This document shows positions 31,768-45,947 of a stretch of DNA of 64,000 bases, in pieces (positions within the stretch are counted from its first letter, which is position 1; every line of letters begins with the position of its first letter). The translations under genes were made by a program, and so were the position numbers. Source of the stretch: the human T2T-CHM13v2.0 reference genome, Homo sapiens; NCBI RefSeq assembly GCF_009914755.1, contig NC_060948.1. One strand, written 5' to 3'. Under the pieces are notes generated by a model. The model was not told the origin of the DNA, searched no databases, and worked only from the letters and a program-made list of their open reading frames with translations.

Positions 31768-34700
31768 ATGGACTCCTTTGGAATGGTCTAGTGTGCAATG
31801 CAATCGACTGGCAGGGAATCAAAAGGAATGTAATCGAATGGATTGGACTGGAATGCAATGGATTCGAATAGATTGGAAACGGAATGCAAAGGAATGGAAT
31901 GGAATAGTATGGAATGGAATGGAAAGTAATGGAGTGGAATAGACTAGAGTGGAATGGAATGGACTGGAAAGCAATGGACTGGAATGGAACTTTCTTGAAT
32001 GGAGTGGAATCAAACGGAATGGAATGCACTGCAATCAAATGGCATGGAATAAAATAGAATGAAAGAGAATCAAACGGAATTGAATCGAATGGAATCGAAT
32101 GGATTGGAAAGGAATAGAATGGAATGGAATGGAATTGACTCAAATGGAATGGACTAGAATGGAATGGATTCGAATGGAAGGCAAAGGAATGGAATCTATT
32201 GGAATGGACTGTAATGGAATGGAATGGAAGGGATTGGAATGGACTCGAATGGAATGGACTGCAATAGAAAGGATTCGAATGGAATGAAAAAGAATTGAAT
32301 GGAATAGAACAGAATGGAATCAAATCGAATGAAATTGAATGGAATAGTAAGGAATGGAATGAAATGGAATGGAAAGGATTCGAATGGAATGCAATCGAAT
32401 GGAATGCAATCGAATGGAATGGAATCGAACGGAATGGAATAAAATGGAAGAAAACTGGCAAGAAATGGAATCGAAATGAATGGAGTGTTATGGAACGGAC
32501 TCAAAAGGAATTGAATGTAATAGAATGGAGTGGAGTGGACTCGAATATAATGGACTGGAATGGAATGAAATCACATGGAATGGGAACGAATGGAATGGAA
32601 TGGAAAGGAATGGAATCGAATGGAAAGGAATCGAATGGAAGGGAATGAAATTGAATCAACAGGAATGGAAGGGAATAGAATAGACGGTAATGGAATGGAC
32701 TCGAATAGAATGGACACGAATGCTCACATTGAATGGACTCGAGTGGAATGGAAACGAAACGAATGTCATCGAATGGAATTGAATCGATTGGAATGAAATC
32801 GCATAGAATGGACTGGAATCAAATGGAATTGAGTCGAAAGGAAAGGAAGCGAATGGACTGAAATGAAATGGAATGGAATTGAATGGAAAGTAATGCAATG
32901 GAATAGAATGGAACGAAATTTCACGGAATGGAATCAAACTGAATGGAATCAAATCAATGGAATATAATCAAATGGAATGGAAAGGAATTGAATGGAGTAG
33001 ATGGGACTGGATGGGATTGGAATGAAATGTACTGGAAAGGACTCGAATTTCATGAAACGGAATGGAATGAATTGGAACGGAATGGACTCGATTGGAATGG
33101 AATGTCATGGAATGGCATCAAATGGAATGGAATCGAATGCAATGGAATGCTATGGAATGGAATGGAATGCATTGGAATGGAATGTCCTCTAATGGAATGG
33201 ATTCGAGTGGAATGGAATCGAATATAATGGAGTCGAATGAAATGGAATTGAAAGGAATGGGATCGAATACAATGGAATATACTGGAATGTAACGTAATGA
33301 ACTCGAATGTAATTGACTGGAATGGAATGTACATGAATGGAATGTAATCGAATGGAAAGTAATCCAATGGAATAGAATCTAATGCAATAAAATCGACTCA
33401 AATAGAATAGAATGGAATGGAATGGAGTGCAGTGCAATGGAATGGAAGGGAATGGAATGCAATGGAATGGAATGTAATGGAATGGAATGGAATGGGATGG
33501 AATGGTATGGAATGGATAGTAATGGACTGGAGTGAAATGGACTGGAAAGGAATGGACTCAAATTGAAAGGGCTCGAAAGGAATGCAGTCAAATGGAATGA
33601 TCTGGAATGGAATGAACACGAATGTAATGCAATCCAATAGAATGGAATCGAATGGCATGGAATATAAAGAAATGGAATCGAAGAGAATGGAAACAAATGG
33701 AATGGAATTGAATGGAATGGAATTGAATGGAATGAGAATGAATGGAGTGAAATTGTATGCAGTAGAAGAGAATAGAATGGAATGCAAGCGAAAGGAAAGG
33801 AATGGATTGGAATGGAATGGAATTCATTGGAATGGAAGGGAATGTAGTGTAATGGACAGGCCTGGAATAAAGTGGAATGCTACGGTCTCGAATGGAATAA
33901 AAATGTATGGAATGGAATGCAATGAAACGGAATCGAATGTCATAGAATGTAATGGAATGCAAAAAAATGGAATCCAAAATCATTGACTGGAAAGGCTGGG
34001 TGTCGAAAGGAATTGACTCCAATGGAATGGAATCGAATGGAATGGAAGTGAATAGAATCGAACTAAATCGAATGGAATGGAATTGATAGGAACGGAATGG
34101 AAAGGAATGCAATGATTTGGCATGGAATGGAATCGAATGGCATCGAATGGAATGGAATGGAATGCAATGGAATGGAATGTATTAGAATGTAATGAACTTT
34201 AATGGAATGTACTCGAATGGATTCGACTGGAATGGAATGTTCTGGAAGTGAATGGACTCCAATGGAATGGATTCGAAAGGAATGGAATCGTACGGAATGG
34301 AATCTAATGGAATGGAATTAAATGGAAATGAATCAAATTGAATAGCACGGAACTGAATTGAATGGAATCGAATGCAATGGAATCTAATGAAACGGAAAGG
34401 AAAGGAATGGAATGGAATGGAATGGGCTTGAATGGAATGGAATCGAACTGAAGAGACTGGAATGGAATGCACTGGAATGGAAGGGAGTGTAATGGAAGGT
34501 TCTCGAAAAAAATGGAATCGAATGGAATGGAATTGAATGGAACGGAATAGAGTCGAATGGAATTGAATGGAATGGAATGGACTAGAGTGAAATGGAATCG
34601 AACCACAAGGAATGGACAGGAATAGAATGGTCTCGAATTGAATGGAATCGTATGGAATGGCATCAAACGGAATGGAATGGACAGCCACGGAATGGAATGC

Positions 34701-35296
34701 ACTCGAATGCAATGGAGTCGAAACTAATGGACTGGAATAGAATGGACTCGACTGGTACGGACTCCAATGGAATGGAATCGAATGGAAGGGAATCGAACGG
34801 AATGGACTCGAAGGCAAAAGACTGCAATGGAAAGGTGTCGAATGGAATGGAAATTAATGGAATGGAATGGAATCGAATGAAATGGAGTCAAAAGGAATGG
34901 AATCGAATGGCAAGAAATCGAATGTAATGGAATCGCAAGGAATTGATGTGAACGGAACGGAATGGAATGGAATCCAAAGGAATGGAATAGAATGGAATGG
35001 AATCGAATGGAAAGGACTCGAATGGAAATCACTCGAATAGAATGCAATTTAATAAAATAGGATCAAATGTAATGGAATGGAATGGAAAGGAATCGAAACG
35101 AAAGGAATGGAGACAGATGGAATGGAATGGAACAGAGAGCAATGGTATAGAATGGAATGGAATCATCTGGAATGGAATTGAATGGAATGGAATAACATGA
35201 AATGGAATGGAATGGAATGGAATGCCTTTGAATTAAATGGACTGGAATGGAATGGTCTCGAACAGAGTGGAATGGAAAGTGTTGGAATAGAATGGA
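31768..35296 (+). repeat. DYZ1 unit 3 (3529 bp)
   Basis: Landmark-to-landmark spacing. Confidence 0.92.
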
Positions 35297-38200
35297 ATGG
35301 ACTCGTTTGGAATGGTGTAGTATGCAATGCAATCGACTGGCAGGGAATCAAAAGGAATGTAATCGAATGGATTGGACTGGAATGCAATGGACTCGAATAG
35401 ATTGGAAACGGAATGCAAAGGAATGGAATGGAATAGTATGGAATGGAATGGAAAGGAATGGAGTGGAATAGACTACAGTGGAATGGAATGGACTGGAAAG
35501 CAATGGACTGGAATGGAACTTTCTTGAATGGACTGGAATCAAACGGAATGGAATGCAATGCAATCAAATGGCATGGAATAAAATAGAATGAAAGAGAATC
35601 AAATGGAATTGAATCGAATGGAATCGAATGGATTGGAAAGGAATAGAATGGAATGGAATGGAATTGACTCAAATGGAATGGACTAGAATGGAATGGATTC
35701 GAATGGAAGGCAAAGGAATGGAATCTATTGGAACGGACTGTAATGGAATGGAATGGAAGGGATTGGAATGGACTCGAATGGAATGGACTGCAATAGAAAG
35801 GATTCGAATGGAATGAAAAAGAATTGAATGGAATAGAACAGAATGGAATCAAATCGAATGAAATGGAATGGAATAGAAAGGAATGGAATGAAATGGAATG
35901 GAAAGGATTCGAATGGAATGCAATCGAATGGAATGGAATCGAACGGAATGGAATAAAATGGAAGAAAACTGGCAAGAAATGGAATCGAAATGAATGGAGT
36001 GTTATGGATCGGACTCAAAAGGAATTGAATGTAATAGAATGGAGTGGAGTGGACTCGAATATAATGGACTGGAATGGAATGAAATCACATGGAATGGGAA
36101 CGAATGGAATGGAATGGAAAGGAATGGAATCGAATGGAAAGGAATCGAATGGAAGGGAATGAAATTGAATCAACAGGAATGGAAGGGAGTAGAATAGACG
36201 GTAATGGAATGGACTCGAATAGAATGGACACGAATGCTCAAATTGAATGGACTCGAATGGAATGGAAACGAAAGGAATGTCATCGAATGGAATTGAATCG
36301 GTTGGAATGAAATCGCATAGAATGGAGTGGAATCAAATGGAATTGAATCGAAAGGAAAGGAAGCGAATGGACTGAAATGAAATGGAATGGAATTGAATGG
36401 AATGTAATGCAATGGAATAGAATGGAACGAAATTTCACGGAATGGAATCAAACTGAATGGAATCAAATCAATGGAATATAATCAAATGGAATGGAAAGGA
36501 ATTGAATGGAGTAGATTGGGTTGGATGGGATTGGAATGAAATGGAATGGAAAGGACTCGAATTTCATGAAACGGAATGGAATGAATTGGAACGGAATGGA
36601 CTCGAATGGAATGGAATGACATGGAATGGCAAGAAATGGAATGGCATCAAAGGGAATGGAATCGAATGCAATGGAATGCTATGGAATGGAATGGAATGCA
36701 TTGGAATGGAATGTCCTCTAATGGAATGGATTCGAGTGGAATGGAATCTAATATAATGGAGTCGAATGAAATGCAATTGAAAGGAATGGGATCGAATACA
36801 ATGGAATATACTGGAATGTAATGTAAAGAACTCGAATGTAATTGAATGGAAAGGAATGTACATGAATGGAATGTAATCGAATGGAAAGTAATGCAATGGA
36901 ATAGTATCTAATGTAATAAAATCGACTCAGATAGAGTAGAATGTAATGGAATGGAGTGTAGTGCAATGGAATGGAATGGAATGGAATGCAATGGAATGGA
37001 AAGGAATGGAATGGAATGGAATGGAATGGGATGGAATGGTATGGAATGGATAGTAATGGACTGGAGTGAAATGGACTGGAAAGGAATGGACTCAAATTGA
37101 AAGGTCTCGAAAGGAATGGAGTCAAAAGGAATGGTCTGGAATGGAATGAACACGAATGTAATGCAATCCAATAGAATGGAGTCGAATGGCATGGAATATA
37201 AAGAAATGGAATCGAAGAGAATGGAAACAAATGGAATGGAATTGAATGGAATGGAATTGAATGGAATGGGAAGGAATGGAGTGAAATTGTATGCAGTAGA
37301 AGAGAATAGAATGGAATGCAAGCAAAAGGAAAGGAATGGATTGGAATGGAATGGAATTCATTGGAATGGAAGGGAATGTAGTGTAATGGACAGGCCTGGA
37401 ATAAAGTGGAATGCTACGGTCTCGAATGGAATAAAAATGTATGGAATGGAATGCAATGAAACGGAATTGAATGTCATAGAATGTAATGGAATACAAAAAA
37501 ATGGAATCCAAAATCATTGACTGGAAAGGCTGGGTGTCGAAAGGAATTGACTCCAATGGAATGGAATCGAATGGAATGGAAGTGAATAGAATCGAACTAA
37601 ATCGAATGGAATGGAATTGATAGGAACGGAATGGAAAGGAATGCAATGATTTGGCATGGAATGGAATCGAATGGCATCGAATGGAATGGAATGGAATGCA
37701 ATGGAATGGAATGTATTAGAATGTAATGAACTTTAATGGAATGTACTCGAATGGATTCGACTGGAATGGAATGTTCTGGAAGTGAATGGACTCCAATGGA
37801 ATGGATTCAAAAGGAATGGAATCGTACGGAATGGAATCTAATGGAATGGAATTAAATGGAAATGAATCAAATTGAATAGCACGGAATTGAATTGAATGGA
37901 ATCGAATGCAATGGAATCTAATGAAACGGAAAGGAAAGGAATGGAATGGAATGGAATGGGCTGGAATGGAAAGGAATCGAAACGAATGGAATGGAATCGA
38001 ACTGAAGAGACTGGAATGGAATGCACTGGAATGGAAGGGAGTGTAATGGAAGGTTCTCGAAAAAAATGGAATCGAATGGAATGGAATTGAATGGAACGGA
38101 ATAGAGTCGAATGGAATTGAATGGAATGGAATGGACTAGAGTGAAATGGAATCGAACCACAAGGAATGGACAGGAATAGAATGGTCTCGAATTGAATGGA

Positions 38201-38865
38201 ATCGTATGGAATGGCATCAAACGGAATGGAATGGACAGCCACGGAATGGAATGCACTCGAATGCAATGGAGTCGAAACTAATGGACTGGAATAGAATGGA
38301 CTCGACTGGTACGGACTCCAATGGAATGGAATCGAATGGAAGGGAATCGAACGGAAGGGAATCGAACGGAATGGACTCGAAGGGAAAAGACTGCAATGGA
38401 AAGGTCTCGAATGGAATGGAAATTAATGGAATGGAATGGAATCGAATGAAATGGAGTCAAAAGTAATGGAATCGAATGGCAAGAAATCGAATGTAATGGA
38501 ATCGCAAGGAATTGATGTGAACGGAACGGAATGGAATGGAATCCAAAGGAATGGAATAGAATGGAATGGAATCGAATGGAAAGGACTCGAATGGAAATCA
38601 CTCGAATAGAATGCAATTTAATAAAATAGGATCAAATGTAATGGAATGGAATGGAAAGGAATCGAAACGAAAGGAATGGAGACAGATGGAATGGAATGGA
38701 ACAGAGAGCAATGGTATAGAATGGAATGGAATCATCTGGAATGGAATTGAATGGAATGGAATAACATGAAATGGAATGGAATGGAATGGAATGCCTTTGA
38801 ATTAAATGGACTGGAATGGAATGGTCTCGAACAGAGTGGAATGGAAAGTGTTGGAATAGAATGGA
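35297..38865 (+). repeat. DYZ1 unit 4 (3569 bp, variant class B)
   Basis: Markers ggatcggactc, gacatggaatggcaagaaa, 15-bp duplication ggaagggaatcgaac. Confidence 0.92.
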
Positions 38866-41800
38866 ATGGACTCGTTTGGAATGGTGTAGTATGCAATGCA
38901 ATCGACTGGCAGGGAATCAAAAGGAATGTAATCGAATGGATTGGACTGGAATGCAATGGACTCGAATAGATTGGAAACGGAATGCAAAGGAATGGAATGG
39001 AATAGTATGGAATGGAATGGTAAGGAATGGAGTGGAATAGACTAGAGTGGAATGGAATGGACTGGAAAGCAATGGACTGGAATGGAACTTTCTTGAATGG
39101 ACTGGAATCAAACGGAATGGAATGCAATGCAATCAAATGGCATGGAATAAAATAGAATGAAAGAGAATCAAATGGAATTGAATCGAATGGAATCGAATGG
39201 ATTGGAAAGGAATAGAATGGAATGGAATGGAATTGACTCAAATGGAATGGACTAGAATGGAATGGATTCGAATGGAAGGCAAAGGAATGGAATCTATTGG
39301 AATGGACTGTAATGGAATGGAATGGAAGGGATTGGAATGGACTCGAATGGAATGGACTGCAATAGAAAGGATTCGAATGGAATGAAAAAGAATTGAATGG
39401 AATAGAACAGAATGGAATCAAATCGAATGAAATGGAATGGAATAGAAAGGAATGGAATGAAATGGAATGGAAAGGATTCGAATGGAATGCAATCGAATGG
39501 AATGGAATCGAACGGAATGGAATAAAATGGAAGAAAACTGGCAAGAAATGGAATCGAAATGAATGGAGTGTTATGGATCGGACTCAAAAGGAATTGAATG
39601 TAATAGAATGGAGTGGAGTGGACTCGAATATAATGGACTGGAATGGAATGAAATCACATGGAATGGGAACGAATGGAATGGAATGGAAAGGAATGGAATC
39701 GAATGGAAAGGAATCGAATGGAAGGGAATGAAATTGAATCAACAGGAATGGAAGGGAGTAGAATAGACGGTAATGGAATGGACTCGAATAGAATGGACAC
39801 GAATGCTCAAATTGAATGGACTCGAATGGAATGGAAACGAAAGGAATGTCTTCGAATGGAATTGAATCGGTTGGAATGAAATCGCATAGAATGGAGTGGA
39901 ATCAAATGGAATTGAATCGAAAGGAAAGGAAGCGAATGGACTGAAATGAAATGGAATGGAATTGAATGGAAAGTAATGCAATGGAATAGAATGGAACGAA
40001 ATTTCACGGAATGGAATCAAACTGAATGGAATCAAATCAATGGAATATAATCAAATGGAATGGAAAGGAATTGAATGGAGTAGATTGGGTTGGATGGGAT
40101 TGGAATTAAATGGAATGGAAAGGACTCGAATTTCATGAAACGGAATGGAATGAATTGGAACGGAATGGACTCGAATGGAATGGAATGACATGGAATGGCA
40201 AGAAATGGAATGGCATCAAAGGGAATGGAATCGAATGCAATGGAATGCTATGGAATGGAATGGAATGCATTGGAATGGAATGTCCTCTAATGGAATGGAT
40301 TCGAGTGGAATGGAATCTAATATAATGGAGTCGAATGAAATGGAATTGAAAGGAATGGGATCGAATACAATGGAATATACTGGAATGTAATGTAAAGAAC
40401 TCGAATGTAATTGAATGGAAAGGAATGTACATGAATGGAATGTAATCGAATGGAAAGTAATCCAATGGAATAGTATCTAATGTAATAAAATCGACTCAGA
40501 TAGAGTAGAATGTAATGGAATGGAGTGTAGTGCAATGGAATGGAATGGAATGGAATGCAATGGAATGGAAAGGAATGGAATGGAATGGAATGGAATGGGA
40601 TGGAATGGTATGGAATGGATAGTAATGGACTGGAGTGAAATGGACTGGAAAGGAATGGAATCAAATTGAAAGGTCTCGAAAGGAATGGAGTCAAAAGGAA
40701 TGGTGTGGAATGGAATGAACACGAATGTAATGCAATCCAATAGAATGGAGTCGAATGGCATGGAATATAAAGAAATGGAATCGAAGAGAATGGAAACAAA
40801 TGGAATGGAATTGAATGGAATGGAATTGAATGGAATGGGAAGGAATGGAGTGAAATTGTATGCAGTAGAAGAGAATAGAATGGAATGCAAGCAAAAGGAA
40901 AGGAATGGATTGGAATGGAATGGAATTCATTGGAATGGAAGGGAATGTAGTGTAATGGACAGGCCTGGAATAAAGTGGAATGCTACGGTCTCGAATGGAA
41001 TAAAAATGTATGGAATGGAATGCAATGAAACGGAATCGAATGTCATAGAATGTAATGGAATACAAAAAAATGGAATCCAAAATCATTGACTGGAAAGGCT
41101 GGGTGTCGAAAGGAATTGACTCCAATGGAATGGAATCGAATGGAATGGAAGTGAATAGAATCGAACTAAATCGAATGGAATGGAATTGATAGGAACGGAA
41201 TGGAAAGGAATGCAATGATTTGGCATGGAATGGAATCGAATGGCATCGAATGGAATGGAATGGAATGCAATGGAATGGAATGTATTAGAATGTAATGAAC
41301 TTTAATGGAATGTACTCGAATGGATTCGACTGGAATGGAATGTTCTGGAAGTGAATGGACTCCAATGGAATGGATTCCAAAGGAATGGAATCGTACGGAA
41401 TGGAATCTAATGGAATGGAATTAAATGGAAATGAATCAAATTGAATAGCACGGAATTGAATTGAATGGAATCGAATGCAATGGAATCTAATGAAACGGAA
41501 AGGAAAGGAATGGAATGGAATGGAATGGGCTGGAATGGAAAGGAATCGAAACGAATGGAATGGAATCGAACTGAAGAGACTGGAATGGAATGCACTGGAA
41601 TGGAAGGGAGTGTAATGGAAGGTTCTCGAAAAAAATGGAATCGAATGGAATGGAATTGAATGGAACGGAATAGAGTCGAATGGAATTGAATGGAATGGAA
41701 TGGACTAGAGTGAAATGGAATCGAACCACAAGGAATGGACAGGAATAAAATGGTCTCGAATTGAATGGAATCGTATGGAATGGCATCAAACGGAATGGAA

Positions 41801-42434
41801 TGGACAGCCACGGAATGGAATGCACTCGAATGCAATGGAGTCGAAACTAATGGACTGGAATAGAATGGACTCGACTCGTACGGACTCCAATGGAATGGAA
41901 TCGAATGGAAGGGAATCGAACGGAAGGGAATCGAACGGAATGGACTCGAAGGGAAAAGACTGCAATGGAAAGGTCTCGAATGGAATGGAAATTAATGGAA
42001 TGGAATGGAATCGAATGAAATGGAGTCAAAAGGAATGGAATCGAATGGCAAGAAATCGAATGTAATGGAATCGCAAGGAATTGATGTGAACGGAACGGAA
42101 TGGAATGGAATCCAAAGGAATGGAATAGAATGGAATGGAATCGAATGGAAAGGACTCGAATGGAAATCACTCGAATAGAATGCAATTTAATAAAATAGGA
42201 TCAAATGTAATGGAATGGAATGGAAAGGAATCGAAACGAAAGGAATGGAGACAGATGGAATGGAATGGAACAGAGAGCAATGGTATAGAATGGAATGGAA
42301 TCATCTGGAATGGAATTGAATGGAATGGAATAATATGAAATGGAATGGAATGGAATGGAATGTCCTTGAATTAAATGGACTGGAATGGAATGGACTCGAA
42401 CAGAGTGGAATGGAAAGTGTTGAAATAGAATGGA
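38866..42434 (+). repeat. DYZ1 unit 5 (3569 bp, class B)
   Basis: Same markers as unit 4. Confidence 0.92.
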
Positions 42435-45400
42435 ATGGACTCGTTTGGAATGGTGTAGTATGCAATGCAATCGACTGGCAGGGAATCAAAAGGAATGTAA
42501 TCGAATGGATTGGACTGGAATGCAATGGACTCGAATAGATTGGAAGCGGAATGCAAAGGAATGGAATGGAATAGTATGGAATGGAATGGAAAGGAATGGA
42601 GTGGAATAGACTAGAGTGGAATGGAATGGACTCGAAAGCAATGGACTGGAATGGAACTTTCTTGAATGGACTGGAATCAAACGGAATGGAATGCAATGCA
42701 ATCAAATGGCATGGAATAAAATAGAATGAAAGAGAATCAAACGGAATTGAATCGAATGGAATCGAATGGATTGGAAAGGAATAGAATGGAATGGAATGGA
42801 ATTGACTCAAATGGAATGGACTAGAATGGAATGGATTCGAATGGAAGGCAAAGGAATGGAATCTATTGGAATGGACTGTAATGGAATGGAATGGAAGGGA
42901 TTGGAATGGACTCGAATGGAATGGACTGCAATAGAAAGGATTCGAATGGAATGAAAAAGAATTGAATGGAATAGAACAGAATGGAATCAAACCTCATGAA
43001 ATAGAATGGAATAGAAAGGAATGGAATGAAATCGAATGGAAAGGATTCGAATGGAATGCAATCGAATGGAATGCAATCGAATGGAATGGAATCGAACGGA
43101 ATGGAATAAAATGGAAGAAAACTGGCAAGAAATGGAATCGAAATGAATGGAGTGTTAAGGAACGGACTCAAAAGGAATTGAATGTAATAGAATGGAGTGG
43201 AGTGGACTCGAATATAATGGACTGGAATGGAATGAAATCACATGGAATGGGAACGAATGGAATGGAATGGAAAGGAATGGAATCGAATGGAAAGGAATCG
43301 AATGGAAGGGAATGAAATTGAATCAACAGGAATGGAAGGGAATAGAATAGACGGTAATGGAATGGACTCGAATAGAATGGACACGAATGCTCAAATTGAA
43401 TGGACTCGAATGGAATGGAAATGAAAGGAATGTCATCGAATGCAATTCAATCGATTGGAATGAAATCGCATAGGATGGAGTGGAATCAAATGGAATTGAA
43501 TCGAAAGGAAAAGAAGCGAATTGACTGAAATGAAATGGAATGGAATTGAATGGAAAGTAATGCAACGGAATAGAATGGAATGAAATTTCACGGAATGGAA
43601 TCAAACTGAATGGAATCAAATCAATGGAATATAATCAAATGGAATGGAAAGGAATTGAATGGAGTAGATTGTATTGGATGGGATTGGAATGAAATGTACT
43701 GGAAAGGACTCGAATTTCATGAAACGGAATGGAATGTATTAGAACGGAATGGACTCGAATGGAATTGAATGTCACGGAATGGCATCAAATGGAATGGCAT
43801 CAATTGGAATGGAATCGAATGCAATGGAATGCTATGGAATGGAATGGAATGCATTGGAATGGAATGTCCTCTAATGGAATGGATTCGAGTGGAATGGAAT
43901 CGAATATAATGGAGTCTAATGAAATGGAATTGAAAGGAATGGGATCCAATACAATGGAATATACTGGAATGTAATGTAATGAACTCGAATGTAATTGACT
44001 GGAATGGAATGTACATGAGTGGAATGTAATCGAATGGAAAGTAATCCAATGGAATAGAATCTAATGCAATAAAATCGACTCAAATAGAGTAGAATGTAAT
44101 GGAATGGAGTGCAGTGCAATGGAATGGAATGGAATGGGATGGAATGGTATGGAATGGATAGTAATGGACTGGAGTGAAATGGACTGGAAAATAATGGACT
44201 CAAATTGAAAGGGCTCGAAAGGAATGGAGTCAAATGGAATGGTCTGGAATGGAATGAACACGAATGTAATGCAATCCAATAGAATGGAATCGAATGGCAT
44301 GGAATATAAAGAAATGGAATCGAAGAGAATGGAAACAAATGGAATGGAATTGAATGGAATGGAATTGAATGGAATGGGAACGAATGGAGTGAAATTGTAT
44401 GCAGTAGAAGAGAATAGAATGGAATGCAAGCGAAAGGAAAGGAATGGATTGGAATGGAATGGAATTCATTGGAATGGAAGGGAATGTAGTGTAATGGACA
44501 GGCCTGTAATAAAGTGGAATGCTACGGTCTCGAATGGAATAAAAATGTATGGAATGGAATGCAATGAAACGGAATCGAATGTCATAGAAGTAATGGAATG
44601 CAAAAAAATGGACTCCAAAATCATTGACTGGAAAGGCTGGGTGTCGAAAGGAATTTACTCCAATGGAATGGAATCGAATGGAATGGAAGTGAATAGAATC
44701 GAACTAAATCGAATGGAATGGAATTGATAGGAACGGAATGGAAAGGAATGCAATGATTTCGCATGGAATGGAATCGAATGGCATCGAATGGAATGGAATG
44801 GAATGCAATGGAATGGAATGTATTAAAATGTAATGAACTTTAATGGAATGTACTCGAATGGATTCGACTGGAATGGAATGTTCTCGAAGTGAATGGACTC
44901 CAATGGAATGGATTCGAAAGGAATGGAATCTAATGGAATGGAATTAAATGGAAATGAATCAAATTTAATAGAACGGAATTGAATTGAATGGAATCGAATG
45001 CAATGGAATCTAATGAAACGGAAAGGAAAGGAATGGAATGGAATGGAATGGAATGGGCTGGAATGGAATGGAATCGAAACGAATGGAATGGAATCGAACT
45101 GAAGAGACTGGAATGGAATACACTGGAATGGAAGGGAATGTAATGGAAGGTTCTCGAAAAAAATGTAATTGAAAGGAATGGAATTGAGTGGAACGGAATA
45201 GAGTCGAATGGAATTCAATGGAATGGAATGGACTAGAGTGAAATGGAATCGAACCACAAGGAATGGACAGGAATAGAATGGTCTCGAATTGAATGGAATC
45301 GTATGGAATGGCATCAAACGGAATGGAATGGACAGCCACGGAATGGAATGCACTCGAATGCAATGGAGTCGAAACTAATGGACTGGAATAGAATGGACTC

Positions 45401-45947
45401 GACTGGTACGGACTCCAATGGAATGGAATCGAATGGAAGGGAATCGAACGGAATGGACTCGAAGGGAAAAGACTGCAATGGAAAGGTCTCGAATGGAACG
45501 GAAATTAATGGAATGGAATGGAATCGAATGAAATGGAGTCAAAAGGAATGGAATCGAATGGCAAGAAATCGAATGTAATGGAATCGCAAGGAATTGATGT
45601 GAACGGAACGGAATGGAATGGAATCCAAAGGAATGGAATAGAATGGAATGGAATCGAATGGAAAGGACTCGAATGGAAATCACTCGAATAGAATGCAATT
45701 TAATAAAATAGGATCAAATGTAATGGAATGGAATGGAAAGGAATCGAAACGAAAGGAATGGAGACAGATGGAATGGAATGGAACAGAGAGCAATGGTATA
45801 GAATGGAATGGAATCATCTGGAATGGAATTGAATGGAATGGAATAACATGAAATGGAATGGAATGGAATGGAATGCCTTTGAATTAAATGGACTGGAATG
45901 GAATGGTCTCGAACAGAGTGGAATGGAAAGTGTTGGAATAGAATGGA
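42435..45947 (+). repeat. DYZ1 unit 6 (3513 bp, class C)
   Basis: Markers aaacctcatgaa, tgcaattcaatc, gtcatagaagtaa (1-bp deletion). Confidence 0.92.
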
